A stretch of DNA of 32,481 bases from Azospirillum sp. (GCA_040377415.1 JBEIOT010000001.1:1-32481); one strand, 5' to 3'; counted from the stretch's first letter, positions 19,769-27,265 are shown. Program-made: numbers and translations. The notes: generated from the sequence alone by a model not told the origin.

Positions 19769-19791
19769 GGGCCGCCCATGAAGGGCGGCCC
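19769..19791 (-). terminator. GC-rich hairpin immediately 3' of rnpB
   Basis: GGGCCGCCC-loop(5)-GGGCGGCCC, a perfect 9-bp stem, 4 nt after the rnpB P1 3' strand. It is followed on the minus strand by UAAUCAUUUG, which is only a weak U-tract. Confidence 0.5.
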
Positions 19792-19792
19792 G

Positions 19793-20190
19793 AAACCAGA
19801 TGGCCTGTAAGCCGGGTTCTGTCTTCCCGTGAGGGAGAGATGACTATTCATCTAGGCCATGCATTGCTGCATGGCTCAAGCAACCAACCCGCGTGCTGCT
19901 CGGGGGCTTGTGGATTGAACCACTGCACGCCTATTCGGTCTTGCTCCCGGTGAGGTTTGCCTGGCTACGCTTGTTACCAAACGCACGGTGGGCTCTTACC
20001 CCACCTTTTCACCCTTACCCCAGCATGCCGAGGCGGTTTGTCTCTGTGGCACTATCTCTGGACTCGCGTCCGGCGGGCGTTACCCGCCACCGTTCCCGTG
20101 GAGCCCGGACTTTCCTCGAGGATGTGTCGCCGGTTTGGAGATCTCCCTCCGCCCCAACATGTAAGCCCTCGCAGTCATCCGGCCATCTGG
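19793..20190 (-). ncRNA. rnpB: RNase P RNA, bacterial type A
   Basis: The minus strand carries the universally conserved blocks GAGGAAAGTCCGGGCTCC, GGTAAGGGTGAAAAGGTGGGGTAAGAGCCCACC and ACAGAACCCGGCTTA. The P1 helix is 5' CCAGATGGCC (20190..20181) paired with 3' GGCCATCTGG (19805..19796). Ends are accurate to about 5 nt. Confidence 0.93.
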
Positions 20191-20333
20191 TAAAACCTCT
20201 ATAACCCAAATGGTTGCAAAACACTAGGCAAAACTGCCGCACCTGTCGCGCATTGGCACCACAAGCCTTTGATATAGGATATTTATATGGCTTCGCGCAT
20301 GATCGGCCCATCCGCTATTTAGAGGAGGCTATC

Positions 20334-20480
20334 ATGAGTAATCAAGAGAAGATCCCAACCGATTATCGTAGTGCAAAGACCGGCAAATTCGTCACGCAGG
20401 AATATGCCTCGCACCACCCAGCGACGACCATCAAAGAACATAACAAGCTGTTGCCGCTGGAATCGCGCTCGAAGAAATAG
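20334..20480 (+). CDS. Small conserved-looking hypothetical protein (48 aa)
   Basis: MSNQEKIPTDYRSAKTGKFVTQEYASHHPATTIKEHNKLLPLESRSKK. There is a strong SD (GAGGAGG) 6 nt upstream of ATG 20334. The R.AKTG.FV....A..HP.TT..E pattern recurs in small bacterial proteins of unknown function. The track's upstream start at 20214 is rejected. Confidence 0.6.
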   Translation: MSNQEKIPTDYRSAKTGKFVTQEYASHHPATTIKEHNKLLPLESRSKK

Positions 20481-21218
20481 CTAAGCGTTGGCGTGCAATG
20501 CGGCGAGGATCCCCGCGCATTCATTATCCCACACGCCGTCGAGCTTCTCGGGGCGGTAATGGCGCTGGAATGCCATCACGCAGCATTCCGTTTTCTCGCC
20601 GAACAAACCATCGAGCTTGAGGCCATAACCCCAATTGCCCAGCGACGTTTGCAAGCGAATGACCGCATTCCCCGTATCATCGCGTTGCAGCTCGGAACCT
20701 GAAAGGGGCTTGGCTTGCGGAAACACGCCCACCCCTGCTTTCGCCAGTTTCGCCCAAGGGAATTTCTCGCCGGGATCGACCTTGCGCAGGAAGGCAATAT
20801 CGGAATGCCCCACGACGTTGCGCTCGGGAATATTATAACGCTCGACGATGTCTTTGCTAAGCGCGATGACCGCCGCGATCTGCACATCGGGGAAATCCGG
20901 ATAGTCATTACTATGACCACGATTGGCGATCTCGATGCCGATGGAGCGCGAATTGATGGCCGAGCTGCCACGCCAGTGCGATTCGCCGGCATGCCACGCA
21001 CGCTCGGTCTCGTTCACCAGCTGATAAATTTCGCCCTTCTCGCTCACCACATAATGCGCCGAGACTTTTGCTTCCGGGTCGCACAAGCGCGCCACGGCCT
21101 CTTCGGTCGTATCCATATCGGTGTAGTGCAGCACCAGCATCTCGAGGGGCTGGTTGCCGCGGCTATCGAAATTGGGGGAAGGACGGGAAATGATTTCCAT
21201 GAAGCTTGAGCCTACCAT
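20481..21218 (-). CDS. N-acetylmuramoyl-L-alanine amidase (Amidase_2, AmpD/AmiD-like) with a C-terminal PG_binding_1 domain
   Basis: RPSPNFDSR, LVLHYTD, RAWHAGES, SIGIEIAN and VVGHSDIAFLRKVDPGEKFPW match the Amidase_2 core. The C-terminal VIRLQTSLGNWGYGLKLDGLFGEKTECCVMAFQRHY matches a peptidoglycan-binding repeat. ATG 21218 forms TAATG with the eamA-like stop; an alternative ATG lies at 21200. Confidence 0.88.
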   Translation of the reverse strand: MVGSSFMEIISRPSPNFDSRGNQPLEMLVLHYTDMDTTEEAVARLCDPEAKVSAHYVVSEKGEIYQLVNETERAWHAGESHWRGSSAINSRSIGIEIANRGHSNDYPDFPDVQIAAVIALSKDIVERYNIPERNVVGHSDIAFLRKVDPGEKFPWAKLAKAGVGVFPQAKPLSGSELQRDDTGNAVIRLQTSLGNWGYGLKLDGLFGEKTECCVMAFQRHYRPEKLDGVWDNECAGILAALHANA

Positions 21219-22102
21219 TAGGTCACATCTTTTCCAAGCTCGGCGAGCTTGGGGCGGCGCATGGCGATGATGCCCACGCCAACGATGGTCAGCGCTGCAC
21301 CGATCTGCACTTGCAAGGTGAACGCATCACCGAAAATAAGCACACCACCAGCGATGCCCGCGATGGGCACGCACAGCGAATAAGGCACCACCTGGCTCAG
21401 CGGATATTTCGAAATAAGCCAGTTCCACAACCCATAACCGATAAGCGAGCTGAACACCGTGCTGTACCAAATGCCCGCCCAGCTAATGGTCGACGCGTTG
21501 CGCAACACCTCCACATGGTTGCTCTCGAACATCAACGTCATCGCGCCGAGGATGGGCAGCGAAATAAGACCCGGCCAGAACAACAGCGAGATCACCGGCG
21601 TTTTGGGCATGCGCTTCATGTAGATGTTGGCGCTGCTCCACGCGAAGGCACCGAAAGTCGCCAACATAAAGGCCTGCCAGTGCTCGCTGGCGTTAGGGGT
21701 GAGCGCGACCATCAACACACCAAGGAAGGCAACCAGTAGCCCAGCGGAGCGCCACGGGCCCAGATGATCCTGGAACATGACCGACGACACCACGCACGAG
21801 AACGGCACGCCCAGCTGCGTCGCCACGATGACCGAAGTGATGGAAAGGCCCATATCCATGGCGAGAAAGATCATCGCAAAATGCAGCACGATGAGCGTCA
21901 TCGCCAGGAACAGCATATCCTTGAATTTGGGGTACGGTTTTTTGAGCAGTGCGAATGGCGCCAGCAGTGAGCAGACGATGACGAAGCGCAAACCGACCGT
22001 CATGAACGGCGGGAAGGATTCCATCGAGAATTTGCTCGCCGAGAAATTGCCACCCCAACACAGGGCGACGAAGAGCGCAGCGACAACAGCATAGATCGGC
22101 AT
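21218..22102 (-). CDS. DMT superfamily (EamA-like) transporter
   Basis: About 10 TM segments, two EamA-type halves and an N-terminal ALCWGGNF motif. I chose ATG 22102 (GAGG 5 nt upstream) over the TTG at 22135. Confidence 0.85.
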   Translation of the reverse strand: MPIYAVVAALFVALCWGGNFSASKFSMESFPPFMTVGLRFVIVCSLLAPFALLKKPYPKFKDMLFLAMTLIVLHFAMIFLAMDMGLSITSVIVATQLGVPFSCVVSSVMFQDHLGPWRSAGLLVAFLGVLMVALTPNASEHWQAFMLATFGAFAWSSANIYMKRMPKTPVISLLFWPGLISLPILGAMTLMFESNHVEVLRNASTISWAGIWYSTVFSSLIGYGLWNWLISKYPLSQVVPYSLCVPIAGIAGGVLIFGDAFTLQVQIGAALTIVGVGIIAMRRPKLAELGKDVT

Positions 22103-22422
22103 AAAAACCTCGGATGGCCAGCGCTCTAACGCCAAACCCCAGCGCTTGCCAGCTTTTTCGTTTCGCCAAGACAGGCGATTCCCCTATAATGCCGCCAACC
22201 ATGACCTCGCTGAAAGTACCGTGAGCTGCGAACTACATTTCGTGCGCGCCTTCTAATTCACAAAATTACTGAACGGTTCGCCAGCGTGCCTCGGCATGTG
22301 GTTGAAGATGAGGGAATTTTGCTAAGTCGCGGAATTTTTGCTTTTCCCCCTTGGAAAAGGAGGGGTTTTCCACCATATTACCCACCTCGAAGCGGCCCTC
22401 GTTCCCTTGCAAAAGTGAGAAC

Positions 22423-22457
22423 AAAAAAAGAGGGCTTGAGAACAAGTTCTCAAGCCC
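22423..22457 (-). terminator. Rho-independent terminator downstream of the DjlA-like gene
   Basis: The minus strand reads GGGCUUGAGAAC-UU-GUUCUCAAGCCC (a 12-nt perfect palindrome) followed by UCUUUUUUUG. It lies about 60 nt after the stop at 22516. Confidence 0.75.
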
Positions 22458-22515
22458 CAAGTCGCTCGGCAAGCAACTGTTTACCGCCATCGGCGGAATT
22501 CGATTTCAAGAGCGT

Positions 22516-23259
22516 CTAGGCAGCAGCCTCGGCGCTCTTGTCGCGTTTGCCCCAGAAACGGGTCACGCTGGATGATTTCTTCTGCCGCGCCTTGCTGGCA
22601 GCTTCATAGGCCGCGTTCACCGCAGCGAGCTGTTGGCTCAGGATGGCAATGGTCTCTTGGCTGGCACCAGCCGCCTGGAAGCGGTCGGGGTGCAGCGCAT
22701 GCACGCGCGCCATGTAGGCCGCACGCAATTGCAGATCGTCGACCTTCTCGCTCACACCGAGGATGGCATAAGGCGAAGTCGACGGGCCCGTGAAGCACTG
22801 GGCGATGTATTGACGCACGATGTCGCCATCGAGCTCGAACGCGTGACCCACGGCGCGCAGCCATTCCATTTCAGCAGCGTTCAGCGCGCCGTCGGCGGTA
22901 GCGATGCGCACAAAGCGTGCGAAGATCTCTTGGCGAAGGCCCATTTGGCCCGTGGTGATGGCCGTGATCTGGCGGGCATATTGCAGGCTGCTGGTATCGC
23001 CACCCACATGTTTCACGAACAGACTACGCAGTTTTGCCTCGTCGGTTTCACCCTCGGCCACGAACAGGCTCTGGAAGGCAAAATATTCGGTCTTCTTCGG
23101 GGTACCATCGACCGCCGAAAGTTGAGCGGCCAAAGCGACCAATGCATGCGTGAATGCCAATGACTCGACCGACTTGGTCGGTACCGCTGAAGCCGTCGCC
23201 CGCGCGGTGGTGCGCGGCAGCGAGAAATATTCGTCGGCGAAAGCGTTGAAACTGGTCAT
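22516..23259 (-). CDS. DjlA-like co-chaperone: TerB-like domain plus a C-terminal J domain
   Basis: The C-terminal J domain is SPYAILGVSEKVDDLQLRAAYMARVHALHPDRF (HPD motif). The central region ALVALAAQLSAVDG...IATADGALNAAEMEWL is typical of TerB/DjlA. There is no N-terminal TM. I chose ATG 23259 over the TTG at 23280. Confidence 0.8.
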   Translation of the reverse strand: MTSFNAFADEYFSLPRTTARATASAVPTKSVESLAFTHALVALAAQLSAVDGTPKKTEYFAFQSLFVAEGETDEAKLRSLFVKHVGGDTSSLQYARQITAITTGQMGLRQEIFARFVRIATADGALNAAEMEWLRAVGHAFELDGDIVRQYIAQCFTGPSTSPYAILGVSEKVDDLQLRAAYMARVHALHPDRFQAAGASQETIAILSQQLAAVNAAYEAASKARQKKSSSVTRFWGKRDKSAEAAA

Positions 23260-23393
23260 TTGTGTGGTTGGCAAGCCCAAGAGATTTTTCGTGTTGGACC
23301 ACTATATATAGATGTGGACCCCCTCTAGCAACAACATTTTGTGGTTAAGCCCTTGAATTTGCCCAGCCCGCAGCCACCCTTTTGGACAGTGTG

Positions 23394-23402
23394 TTATCCA
23401 CA
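23394..23402 (+). promoter_or_regulatory. Perfect DnaA-box consensus 9-mer (TTATCCACA) in a divergent intergenic region
   Basis: Exact TTATCCACA at 23394..23402, between the DjlA-like gene and the 537-aa ORF. It is a single site with no cluster, so function is uncertain. Confidence 0.25.
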
Positions 23403-23512
23403 TCACTTATGCACATCTGCATGCCAAAAATCGGATGCGATTTGGGGTACTGACACGTAGCTGTCACCCACCATTCACCAATGCTTAACCAAAACCCCCT
23501 AAACTGGTCAGC

Positions 23513-25126
23513 ATGGACCAGCCATTCGATCCCAAAGATTCGCATTCCTCCCCAGCCGATGAACCGCTGGATCTAGGGGCGTTCCGGGCACTTGAAGTGA
23601 GCGATCACACGCCTTCCGCACTGGATGCGGCAGTGGCGCGCGGCCCCCAACCCCGTGCGCTGGGCAATATGGATTTCCTCGCCCGCCAAACGAATGGCGA
23701 CGAGGAAAAAACCGGCCGCTTCAGCAAGCTGTTCAAACGCGATAACGCGAAGGACCCGCAAGCGACGGAACAAGAACCAAAGAAAAAAGGCATGACCCGC
23801 CGCGAAGTATTGCTCAAAGGCAGTGCCGTTGCCGCAGGCGCTTATGGCGTGTATCGCGGCGTTTCTGCAGTGTATGCGCCCAACGATTACCACCTCGCCC
23901 TGCTACGCGAAGACGATCAGGGCCATATGGGCATCGTGCATCGCAGCTTCTCGACCGCACAGACCGATGGATTAGTGGAACCGGCCAAGACAAGCCTCTC
24001 GGGCCTGAGCGCCGAAAGCCTCGACCATGAAGGGCTTGAGTCGCTGCTGATAAGCCCCGAGATGAAGCTGCGTGCCTTGCCGCGCGACCGCAACCCCACC
24101 GCGCAAGAGCTGCGAGAGCGCGAGAAGCACAAGCACGACCCACAAGAGATCAGCATCAAGGGCACCGCGCGTAACATCTACATCCCCTACCACCTGTTCG
24201 AAGATGCCTGCCGTTTCAACGTCAGCTTCCATATGGAACAGGAAATACAGGCGTGGGACGATAAGCCCCTTAAACGCGGCGAGCGTGAAGAAAATATCGG
24301 CGGCAAGCAGGTGAAAGTCGCGCTGCACCCCAAAATTCGCATCAGCGTTTGGGGTTACCCGGAAGCAGAGGACATTCCCTTCACCCAGGACATCGCTACG
24401 GGCGCTACCAATGCAAAAGATGCAGCGGGCGATGCGGTCACTGGCATCGGCAATAGCCTCGCCAACGGCTGGGATTATGTTACGGGCAACAGCGAGCGTG
24501 CCGAGCGCCGCAACGAAGCAGAAGCCAAAGCAGTGCATGATCGCGAAGTGGCGAAACCCAAGCCCACGGTCGAACCGAAATTCATGATCGAGCTGGATTA
24601 CGAGGGCGACACGAAACTGCCTGACCTGTTGTTCTACAACGGTCGCACCATCGACGCGCCGACCTACCGCATCCCGCGCGAAGACATCGCCACCGGCATC
24701 CGTAAACAGCCGGAACCCAACGCCACGCCGGGCATGCACCTCATCACGCATAACGGCATGAAGTCCGACATCAGCGTGAATGGCGGCATTCGCGCGCCAC
24801 AGGGCGTGCGCTACGTTGACAGCAAACTGGAAAAAGCCGCGCATGCTGCACGCGGCGAAGGCAGCAGCCCCGAGAATGGTTTCCTCAAAGATGCATGGAA
24901 CGGCCTGAAAGAAGTTGCCTGGCAGGACGACAAGCTCGAAAAGACCGACAAGGCCGCACTCATCATGGCCACGCATTTCCAACAGAACGGCTTTGAGGCG
25001 CGCAAAGACAAGCAAGACGGCATGGTGAGCACCATCGCCGGCGAGCGCGGGCGCACCGCGCAAGGCTTCATCAACCGCCTATCCGACAAGCTGAGCGATA
25101 AGCCCGATCACGATGTTGGCCGCTAG
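23513..25126 (+). CDS. Hypothetical protein (537 aa) with no family I can recognise and an internal Tat-signal-like or TM segment near residue 94
   Basis: Composition is balanced (K/E/D-rich) and third-position GC looks coding across the whole ORF. The antisense 363-aa ORF has the R/A/G/V/H bias of a shadow frame. The segment MTRREVLLKGSAVAAGAYGVYRGVSA begins at nt 23792. The start codon is uncertain because there is no SD at 23513. Confidence 0.75.
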   Translation: MDQPFDPKDSHSSPADEPLDLGAFRALEVSDHTPSALDAAVARGPQPRALGNMDFLARQTNGDEEKTGRFSKLFKRDNAKDPQATEQEPKKKGMTRREVLLKGSAVAAGAYGVYRGVSAVYAPNDYHLALLREDDQGHMGIVHRSFSTAQTDGLVEPAKTSLSGLSAESLDHEGLESLLISPEMKLRALPRDRNPTAQELREREKHKHDPQEISIKGTARNIYIPYHLFEDACRFNVSFHMEQEIQAWDDKPLKRGEREENIGGKQVKVALHPKIRISVWGYPEAEDIPFTQDIATGATNAKDAAGDAVTGIGNSLANGWDYVTGNSERAERRNEAEAKAVHDREVAKPKPTVEPKFMIELDYEGDTKLPDLLFYNGRTIDAPTYRIPREDIATGIRKQPEPNATPGMHLITHNGMKSDISVNGGIRAPQGVRYVDSKLEKAAHAARGEGSSPENGFLKDAWNGLKEVAWQDDKLEKTDKAALIMATHFQQNGFEARKDKQDGMVSTIAGERGRTAQGFINRLSDKLSDKPDHDVGR

Positions 25127-25147
25127 GCCGGGTGAGACACCCGCTCC

Positions 25148-25468
25148 CTACTCCGTCATCAATTGCGTCTTGGCTTCGCCGAGGAATTTCTCGGCCGCCG
25201 CGCAGATCTCTTCTTTGGTGATGCTGATGCGTGCGGCAGTCACATCGTTGTTGATCTTGTGCAGCACATCGTCGAAACCGGGCTTTTCGAAATCGCTCAT
25301 CACCACTTCCTTGGCATAAGCTTCAGCGTCGGCACCGGTTTTGCCCAGCTTTTCGGCCACCCACAGCCCCAACAGCTTGTTGCGGCGAGCACCCACTTTG
25401 AACTGCAGGTCGGCATCGCGCGCGAATTTGTTCTCGAAAGCTTTCTCGCGGTCATTGATGGTGGTCAT
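25148..25468 (-). CDS. F1-ATPase inhibitor zeta subunit (DUF1476 family)
   Basis: MTTINDREKAFENKFARDADLQFKVGARRNKLLGLWVAEKLGKTG...SDFEKPG is collinear with the Paracoccus denitrificans zeta subunit (MTTFDDRERAHEAKFAHDAELNFKAEARRNRLLGEWAA...). The family is specific to alphaproteobacteria and is often found beside purC. Confidence 0.88.
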   Translation of the reverse strand: MTTINDREKAFENKFARDADLQFKVGARRNKLLGLWVAEKLGKTGADAEAYAKEVVMSDFEKPGFDDVLHKINNDVTAARISITKEEICAAAEKFLGEAKTQLMTE

Positions 25469-25552
25469 GGGCTACTCCAATTATTCTAGACGTTTCAGTT
25501 CATTGCATTTATGGATGTAGCCAGCGAAAGTCAAACCCGCACGAGGGAATTC

Positions 25553-26383
25553 ATGTCATCCAAGACCCCGATCTACGAAGGCAAAGCCAAAAAACTGTTC
25601 GAGGGCCCGGAACCCGGAACCCTCATCCAGCATTTTAAGGACGACGCCACCGCCTTCAACAACAAGAAGAAGGGCACCATCAGCGGTAAGGGGATCATCA
25701 ACAACAAGATCTCCGAGTTCCTGTTCACCCGCCTGAACGACATGGGCGTGCCCACCCACTTCCTGCGCGGCCTCAACATGCGCGAGCAACTGGTACGCGC
25801 GGTCGAGATCATCCCCATCGAAGTCATCGTGCGCAACTACGCCGCCGGTTCGTTCGCCGAGCGCTTTGGTGCCTTCGAAGGCGAAGCGCTGGGATCGCCC
25901 CTCATCGAATTCTGCCTGAAGGACGACCGCCTCGGCGATCCGTTCATCAGCGAAGACCATGTCTACGCCTTCGGCGTTGCCCAGCCGGAAGAGATGGACG
26001 AGATCCGTCACTACGCGCTGCGCATCAACGATTTCCTCTCCGGCTTGTTCTATGGCCACGGCATCCGCCTTATCGACTTGAAACTCGAGTTCGGTCGCTT
26101 CTACAGTGAAGAAGGCGAAATGGTGATGCTGGCCGATGAAATTTCGCCCGACACCTGCCGCCTGTGGGATATCACCACCAACGACAAGATGGACAAGGAC
26201 CGCTTCCGTCGCGACCTCGGCAAGACCGAAGAAGCATACCGCGAAGTGGCGCGTCGCCTGGGTGTCTTGCCCAACATCAACGTGGTCGAGAAGACCCCGC
26301 TGAAGGACGTGAAAGCCAAGCCCGCTGCAAAAGCGAAGGCCAAAGCCAAGCCCACCAAGCCCGCGCCGAAAAAGAAGAAATAG
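25553..26383 (+). CDS. purC: Phosphoribosylaminoimidazole-succinocarboxamide (SAICAR) synthase PurC, with a Lys/Ala/Pro-rich C-terminal tail
   Basis: [75 protein letters not shown] 25553 has GAGGGA upstream. The protein ends [26 protein letters not shown]. Confidence 0.93.
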   Translation: MSSKTPIYEGKAKKLFEGPEPGTLIQHFKDDATAFNNKKKGTISGKGIINNKISEFLFTRLNDMGVPTHFLRGLNMREQLVRAVEIIPIEVIVRNYAAGSFAERFGAFEGEALGSPLIEFCLKDDRLGDPFISEDHVYAFGVAQPEEMDEIRHYALRINDFLSGLFYGHGIRLIDLKLEFGRFYSEEGEMVMLADEISPDTCRLWDITTNDKMDKDRFRRDLGKTEEAYREVARRLGVLPNINVVEKTPLKDVKAKPAAKAKAKAKPTKPAPKKKK

Positions 26384-26683
26384 ATGCACGCCTTTTCTGC
26401 GGAGGACATGGTCACCATCGTGTTGGCCCAGAAACCGCAGGACGACGACGTGCACCTCACCATTCAGGATTTCGACATTGGCGGCCAACGCATGATCCCG
26501 TTGTTCACCTCGGCGGAAACCTTCCAGCGATCGCTGGATGGGCGCGACTTTCCCTATCCTGTTGTGGAAATCCGCTTCGCCACGCTTGTAGAAATGCTTA
26601 AAGGCGACGAAACCATTCTGGTGAATCCCGGTACGCCGGACCAATACGCATTCTCGATGAACGATCTGGAGCCGCAAGCATGA
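26384..26683 (+). CDS. Small SseB-family-like protein (99 aa) inserted between purC and purS
   Basis: MHAFSAEDMVTIVLAQKP...GGQRMIPLFTSAETFQRSL...ILVNPGTPDQYAFSMNDLE. The IPLFTS...LVNPG pattern resembles the SseB N-terminal domain family. The ATG follows the purC stop directly (TAGATG) and the stop overlaps the purS start (ATGA). Confidence 0.7.
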   Translation: MHAFSAEDMVTIVLAQKPQDDDVHLTIQDFDIGGQRMIPLFTSAETFQRSLDGRDFPYPVVEIRFATLVEMLKGDETILVNPGTPDQYAFSMNDLEPQA

Positions 26684-26919
26684 AAGCCAAAGTCCACGTG
26701 ACCCTGAAGAACGGCGTGCTCGATCCGCAAGGTGCCGCCATCGAATCCGCACTCGACCATATGGGCTTTGCCGGGGTGAAAGCCCGCGTCGGCAAATTCA
26801 TCGAGCTGGAAGTCGCCGAGAAAGATAAAAAGAAGGCCCAAGCCGCCGTCGAACAAATGTGCGAAAAGCTTCTCGCCAACACCGTTATCGAAAAGTACGC
26901 CGTGGAGCTGGCTGACTAA
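26680..26919 (+). CDS. purS: Phosphoribosylformylglycinamidine synthase subunit PurS
   Basis: 79 aa: MKAKVHVTLKNGVLDPQGAAIESALDHMGF...IEKYAVEL. Typical PurS sequence. Confidence 0.93.
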   Translation: MKAKVHVTLKNGVLDPQGAAIESALDHMGFAGVKARVGKFIELEVAEKDKKKAQAAVEQMCEKLLANTVIEKYAVELAD

Positions 26920-27239
26920 TGCCTATTCTGCGCTCTGCAAAAAAAGCGTGGCGCGGCGAAGAGAAGCTTTGGGTGGTATTTTGGGGCTGGCTTGTTGGCC
27001 TAGATATATTCTTGTCGTACGCAATTATTGGCCCGTTCGGGAATAGGGCACTCACCCCATGGACAGCATTCGAGATTCTTATCGCGATATTGCTTTGCGC
27101 CGTTTATTTGTGGCAAATACACATCCTGACACGCTGCGCTAAAAACCATAAATCGCGATTTGTCGGCATTGCTACTACGGTTTTTGCATTTCTTCCCATA
27201 GTGATGATGTTAAATAAAACCTTCCTTAACAGTAGTTAA
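26919..27239 (+). CDS. Small low-GC integral membrane protein (106 aa, about 3 TM) inserted between purS and purQ
   Basis: Hydrophobic segments LWVVFWGWLVGLDIFLSYAIIGPF, AFEILIAILLCAVYLWQIHIL and FVGIATTVFAFLPIVMML. TAATG overlap with the purS stop. Hand-counted GC of three 60-nt lines inside the gene is about 43%, 48% and 28%, against about 62% for a purS line. Confidence 0.65.
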   Translation: MPILRSAKKAWRGEEKLWVVFWGWLVGLDIFLSYAIIGPFGNRALTPWTAFEILIAILLCAVYLWQIHILTRCAKNHKSRFVGIATTVFAFLPIVMMLNKTFLNSS

Positions 27240-27265
27240 TCTCTCTGAAAAACGTGGTAATCAAA

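Noticed and set aside
19651-20311. Five ORFs of 63-103 aa on both strands at 19651..19851, 19762..19953, 19893..20204, 19957..20193 and 20015..20311.
   Set aside because: All lie inside or across the RNase P RNA gene and its terminator hairpin, so they are not coding.
22266-22575. ORFs at 22266..22490 (minus), 22286..22519 (plus) and 22351..22575 (plus).
   Set aside because: They read through a perfect 12-nt palindromic terminator and low-complexity sequence, and there are no SD sites.
23972-25063. A 363-aa minus-strand ORF opposite the 537-aa ORFan.
   Set aside because: Its composition (R, A, G, V, H, F runs) is typical of a shadow frame. The plus frame has balanced composition and a consistent third-position GC bias.
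25556-26752. A 398-aa minus-strand ORF spanning purC, the SseB-like gene and purS.
   Set aside because: It is antisense to unmistakable PurC and PurS sequences and crosses three gene boundaries, so it is a shadow frame.
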